2,318 nucleotides of DNA, taken from assembly GCF_003334255.1 (NCBI RefSeq), contig NZ_QOWU01000136.1; one strand, given 5' to 3'. The translations under genes and the position numbers were made by a program. The notes under the pieces are model-generated. The model saw only the letters and a program-made list of their open reading frames with translations. It was not told where the DNA came from and searched no databases. The stretch is from Escherichia coli (GTDB lineage: Bacteria > Pseudomonadota > Gammaproteobacteria > Enterobacterales > Enterobacteriaceae). This document shows, in pieces, positions 1 through 2,318 of this stretch; the stretch's first letter is position 1, and every line of letters starts with the position of its first letter.

Positions 1-2007
1 GGCGGTGGTCAGCAGGCGGCTGTTCTCACCGCTTCCACTGGTCAGGCGCAGACTGAAGCGCACGCCCTTCACCACCCTCGGCGTGTCCCATTTCGCCAGC
101 GCCAGATACTGGCTGTCAGCTGCGCTCACCTCCACCGTCAGGTGCTGCACTGCCGGTGGGATGACGCTGTTCAGGGAGCCTGACTGCGGCTCAAAGCGGG
201 CACCGTTATCCACGATGGCTTCTTTTTCCGGTACGTGCTGCACCGCCGTGATGGCAAAGGTGCCGTCCGTGTTTTCCCGGATGGCCACACAGCGGAACAG
301 GCGACGGCGCAGTGACGGCAGGGAGAGTCCCCACACCCCGTATGTCTCCACACCATCAGGCAGGGTACTGACCTGTATCCGGTCCGGCGCGGGGTGTGCG
401 GTGATGTCCACACTCACCGGCTTACCGCTGCCGTTAATCAGGTTCACCGTGGCGGCACCTGTCCCCGGAAGTGTCACTTCACGGTCCAGCGTCAGGGTGC
501 GGGTGGCAGCATCAATGGACAGGACACGTCCGCCGGTCAGGGTCCCGGCATAGTCATTATCACAGATTTCAATAATGTCACCGGGTGTGTGCCGCAGCCC
601 CTGAGACCCGAGTGTGAAATCCACCGTCTGCGTTTCCAGCAGTTCGGTCTTTATCACCCACAGCCCGGCACGGTGGGCCTGACCGCGGCTGGTACAGCCG
701 AACGCGTCCATCTTCAGCAGGTTGCGTCCGTAGCGCAGTATGGCTTCCGGGTCTTCCACCAGTTCCGTGGAGGTCTGCCAGCCGTTCTGCGGGTCGGTGT
801 AATTCACCTCCACCGCCGTGTGCCGGTCCTTCAGGGCACTGAAGCTGTAGCGGAACCCCACGCCGTTATCATCCACCACCACATCGCTGTTGGTGTACGG
901 CCACACCACATCCGACGGGCGGTCCTGAACGAACGTCAGCGTCTGGCCGTTCCATACCGGCATACAGCGCATCGCCGAGCAGAAATCACTGAGAACGTCC
1001 CACGCCTTACGCTGTTGTGCCAGGTACGCATTAAAGGTCATCCGCGGCTCTGTGCCCCCGAAACCATCCGGGACCGTCTGGTCGCAGTACTGCCCGATGG
1101 CATACAGCGCCCACTTGTCCACATCCGCCGCCCCCAGACGTTTTCCCATGCCGTAGCGCGGGTGAGTCAGCATGTCCCACAGGCACCAGGCCGGGTTGTT
1201 GCTGTATGCCGGTTTCAGACTGCCGTCCCAGATACCACTGTACGTGCGTTTTTCCGGGTCATAGTTTGACGGCACCTGGATGATGCGACCGCGGATATGG
1301 TAGTTCACCGTCATCTGCTGGCCGCCGAACTGCTCCGCATCCACCTGCAGCCCCACAATGGCCGTGTTCGGGTAGCACTGTTTCACATCGATGATTTCGG
1401 TGTATGACGACCAGAGCGTCTTATTCTGCAGCTGGTCCGTGGTGCTGTCCGCCGTCTCCCTGACCATCCGGATGTTAAAGGGGCGGGGAGGCAGATTATC
1501 CAGAATCACCGAGGCCAGGAACTGTGAGGTGGTCTTGCCGTTAATGGTGACATCCTTTTCTGTCACCCAGTTACCGTTACGCTGTAACTGAATCAGCAGA
1601 CGGACAGAGGACGGATTACGGTCACCCTTTGACGTGGTCTCCACCAGTGACTGCACCCCGAAGGTCACCCGCAGGCGGTCAATGTTCGCTGACGTAATGG
1701 TGCGTGTCACCGGTTTTGCCCTGGTCACTTCCACACCCAGTACAGTTTCAGAGCCGGAGGACTCAAAGCCTTCCGGTGGTGTCTGCTCCTGCTCCCCGGC
1801 GCGCCAGACCGCGGTCACACCGTGTATCACGGGATTACCGTCCGTGTCCGTCAGCGGGGTTTTGTTCACCAGAATACTCTGCAGGCCTTTCACCGGACCT
1901 TCAATGGGTCCCTCACCAATCGCATCAATCACGCTCATCATCTGCGTGGATTTGAGATTATCCTTCGCCTCACGAGGTGTGTGTGCCTTACCGCCACCTT
2001 TACCCAC
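1..2007 (-). CDS. J: Host specificity / tail tip protein J homolog (lambda gpJ-like), N-terminal 669 codons; partial, 3' end lies beyond position 1
   Basis: Reverse-complement translation from GTG (2007..2005) is open for all 669 codons to the window edge (2007 is divisible by 3). The product begins MGKGGGKAHTPREAKDNLKSTQMMSVIDAIGEGPIEGPVKGLQS..., which closely matches the lambda J N-terminus as I recall it (MGKGSSKGHTPREAKDNLKSTQLLSVIDAISEGPIEGP...). Further lambda-J-like blocks follow, e.g. WSSYTEIIDVKQCYPNTA, PAYSNNPAWCLWDMLTHPRYGMGKRLGAADVDKWALY, LFRCVAIRENTDGTFAITAVQHVPEKEAIVDNG. An alternative in-frame GTG start at 2022..2020 would add 5 codons. Confidence 0.92.
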   Translation of the reverse strand, partial: MGKGGGKAHTPREAKDNLKSTQMMSVIDAIGEGPIEGPVKGLQSILVNKTPLTDTDGNPVIHGVTAVWRAGEQEQTPPEGFESSGSETVLGVEVTRAKPVTRTITSANIDRLRVTFGVQSLVETTSKGDRNPSSVRLLIQLQRNGNWVTEKDVTINGKTTSQFLASVILDNLPPRPFNIRMVRETADSTTDQLQNKTLWSSYTEIIDVKQCYPNTAIVGLQVDAEQFGGQQMTVNYHIRGRIIQVPSNYDPEKRTYSGIWDGSLKPAYSNNPAWCLWDMLTHPRYGMGKRLGAADVDKWALYAIGQYCDQTVPDGFGGTEPRMTFNAYLAQQRKAWDVLSDFCSAMRCMPVWNGQTLTFVQDRPSDVVWPYTNSDVVVDDNGVGFRYSFSALKDRHTAVEVNYTDPQNGWQTSTELVEDPEAILRYGRNLLKMDAFGCTSRGQAHRAGLWVIKTELLETQTVDFTLGSQGLRHTPGDIIEICDNDYAGTLTGGRVLSIDAATRTLTLDREVTLPGTGAATVNLINGSGKPVSVDITAHPAPDRIQVSTLPDGVETYGVWGLSLPSLRRRLFRCVAIRENTDGTFAITAVQHVPEKEAIVDNGARFEPQSGSLNSVIPPAVQHLTVEVSAADSQYLALAKWDTPRVVKGVRFSLRLTSGSGENSRLLTTA

Positions 2008-2011
2008 AGAA

Positions 2012-2019
2012 TCCCCCTT
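2012..2019 (-). promoter_or_regulatory. Shine-Dalgarno sequence for J (AAGGGGGA, 4 nt before the GTG start)
   Basis: Minus-strand sequence reads AAGGGGGA-TTCT-GTG; purine-rich and complementary to the 16S rRNA 3' end. Supports the GTG at 2007 as the start. Confidence 0.5.
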
Positions 2020-2049
2020 CACCGTCCGCTGCCGGACACTGTTGATGTA

Positions 2050-2080
2050 TAAAAACAACAGGCACCCCGGAGGGTGCCTG
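2050..2080 (-). terminator. Rho-independent terminator, minus-strand orientation, in the I-J intergenic region
   Basis: Minus-strand RNA reads CAGGCACCC-UCCG-GGGUGCCUG followed by UUGUUUUUAUAC: a perfect 9-bp GC-rich stem (2059..2067 with 2072..2080), a 4-nt loop, then a U-rich tract (2050..2058). On the plus strand the hairpin is not followed by a T-tract, so it is orientation-specific. Confidence 0.7.
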
Positions 2081-2118
2081 CATCATGACGGAATAAAAAT
2101 TCTGAATATCTTCACATT

Positions 2119-2146
2119 TTCACAAACTGACTGTGGCGCGTATAAT
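2119..2146 (+). promoter_or_regulatory. Sigma70-type promoter, plus strand: -35 TTCACA (2119..2124), 16-bp spacer, -10 TATAAT (2141..2146)
   Basis: Perfect consensus -10 hexamer TATAAT and a 5/6 match to the -35 consensus TTGACA with 16-bp spacing. An AT-rich UP-element-like stretch lies upstream (gaataaaaattctgaatatc, 2091..2110). Predicted transcription start is near 2153. Confidence 0.55.
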
Positions 2147-2152
2147 TTCGCT

Positions 2153-2248
2153 GCGTTAGTGTTTTTTCTGCCCGAGTAACAAAAACAACTCCTTAACTCT
2201 AATCTTTGTCTGTCCCCGCAGCTCCGCGATCACTGCGGGATTTTTTTT
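2153..2248 (+). ncRNA. Candidate small non-coding RNA (about 95 nt), antisense to the tail operon, in the I-J intergenic insert
   Basis: Bounded by the plus-strand promoter (2119..2146) and the plus-strand intrinsic terminator (2215..2248). No ATG and no ORF longer than 6 codons between them. Contains a CA-rich stretch (UAACAAAAACAACUCC, about 2177..2192) and an AU-rich stretch before the terminator, as is typical of Hfq-associated sRNAs. Prediction from sequence only. Confidence 0.45.
2215..2248 (+). terminator. Rho-independent terminator, plus-strand orientation
   Basis: CCCGCAG (2215..2221) pairs with CUGCGGG (2233..2239) as a 7-bp GC-rich stem around an 11-nt loop, followed directly by 8 consecutive T (2241..2248) and further T-rich sequence. 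On the minus strand the hairpin is preceded by A-rich and followed by non-U-rich sequence, so it is plus-strand specific. It ends 8 bp before the convergent I stop codon. Confidence 0.7.
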
Positions 2249-2255
2249 ATTCTTT

Positions 2256-2318
2256 TTACCCCTGCCGCCCGATAACCACGACCTTTCCGCCCCCGCCTTC
2301 ATCACGGGTACTGATGTC
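2256..2318 (-). CDS. Tail assembly protein I homolog (lambda gpI-like), C-terminal 20 codons plus stop; partial, 5' end lies beyond position 2318
   Basis: Reverse-complement frame starting at 2318 reads DISTRDEGGGGKVVVIGRQG then TAA (2258..2256). This resembles the C-terminal end of lambda gpI as I recall it (...EISTADEGDGGQVVVIGR). GC-rich coding-like composition stops abruptly at this stop codon. Position directly upstream of J fits lambdoid gene order. Confidence 0.6.
   Translation of the reverse strand, partial: DISTRDEGGGGKVVVIGRQG

Noticed and set aside
171-413. Minus-strand ORF of 80 aa from the six-frame track
   Set aside because: On the same strand as J but out of frame with it and wholly embedded in the J coding region; an overlapping-frame artefact.
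5-553. Plus-strand ORF of 182 aa from the six-frame track
   Set aside because: Lies antisense within the J coding region. The translation is Arg/Ser/Thr/Val-rich low-complexity sequence typical of an off-frame read of GC-rich coding DNA. It uses a GTG start with no RBS, and the opposite strand encodes a strongly supported J homolog.
394-1269. Plus-strand ORF of 291 aa from the six-frame track
   Set aside because: Antisense to J. The composition (many R, H, V, G, P) is not protein-like and it lacks an RBS. It is explained as a stop-free antisense frame of a GC-rich gene.
2000-2086. Minus-strand small ORF of 28 codons (ATGATGCAG...) in the intergenic region, ending inside the J start
   Set aside because: Spans the terminator hairpin, has no convincing RBS, and the peptide has no hydrophobic or toxin-like character. 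More likely non-coding.
2102-2117. LexA-box-like sequence CTGA-N8-ACAT
   Set aside because: Only a partial match to the CTGT-N8-ACAG consensus, with both outer half-site positions mismatched. Kept only as a minor note under the repeat finding.
1634-2179. Plus-strand ORF of 181 aa that runs across the J start and the intergenic promoter
   Set aside because: Antisense to the J N-terminus and passes straight through a terminator hairpin and a promoter. No RBS and a non-protein-like translation. The nested ORFs 1704..1955, 1822..2052 and 1391..1591 are rejected for the same reasons.
2165-2203. Strong Shine-Dalgarno-like TAAGGAG on the minus strand followed by a TTG and an 8-codon ORF
   Set aside because: The ORF is too short to be credible and lies antisense within the candidate sRNA. 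The AAGGAG is more simply the complement of the CUCCUU in the plus-strand RNA.
1-2318. Searched for CRISPR repeats, IS elements or inverted terminal repeats, and tRNA genes
   Set aside because: No regularly spaced direct repeats, no transposase-like reading frame, and no tRNA-like cloverleaf signature noticed. The window is fully accounted for by tail genes plus the intergenic insert.

Overview
This window is the I-J junction of a lambda-like (lambdoid) phage or prophage tail-gene cluster, encoded entirely on the minus strand. Reading the reverse complement gives: the last 20 codons of a tail assembly protein I homolog (2318..2256), an AT-rich intergenic insert of about 250 bp (2008..2255), and the first 669 codons of the host specificity / tail tip protein J homolog (2007..1), which runs off the window with no stop. 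J is missing from the supplied ORF track because that track only lists ORFs complete within the window; every plus-strand ORF it does list lies out of frame or antisense inside J and is judged spurious. The main item of interest is the intergenic insert: it carries a near-consensus plus-strand sigma70-type promoter followed about 95 nt later by a strong plus-strand intrinsic terminator, with no credible ORF between them. This looks like a small non-coding RNA gene (a moron) transcribed antisense to the tail operon. A separate minus-strand intrinsic terminator sits just upstream of the J start. All calls are from manual translation and motif reading; no database search was possible.
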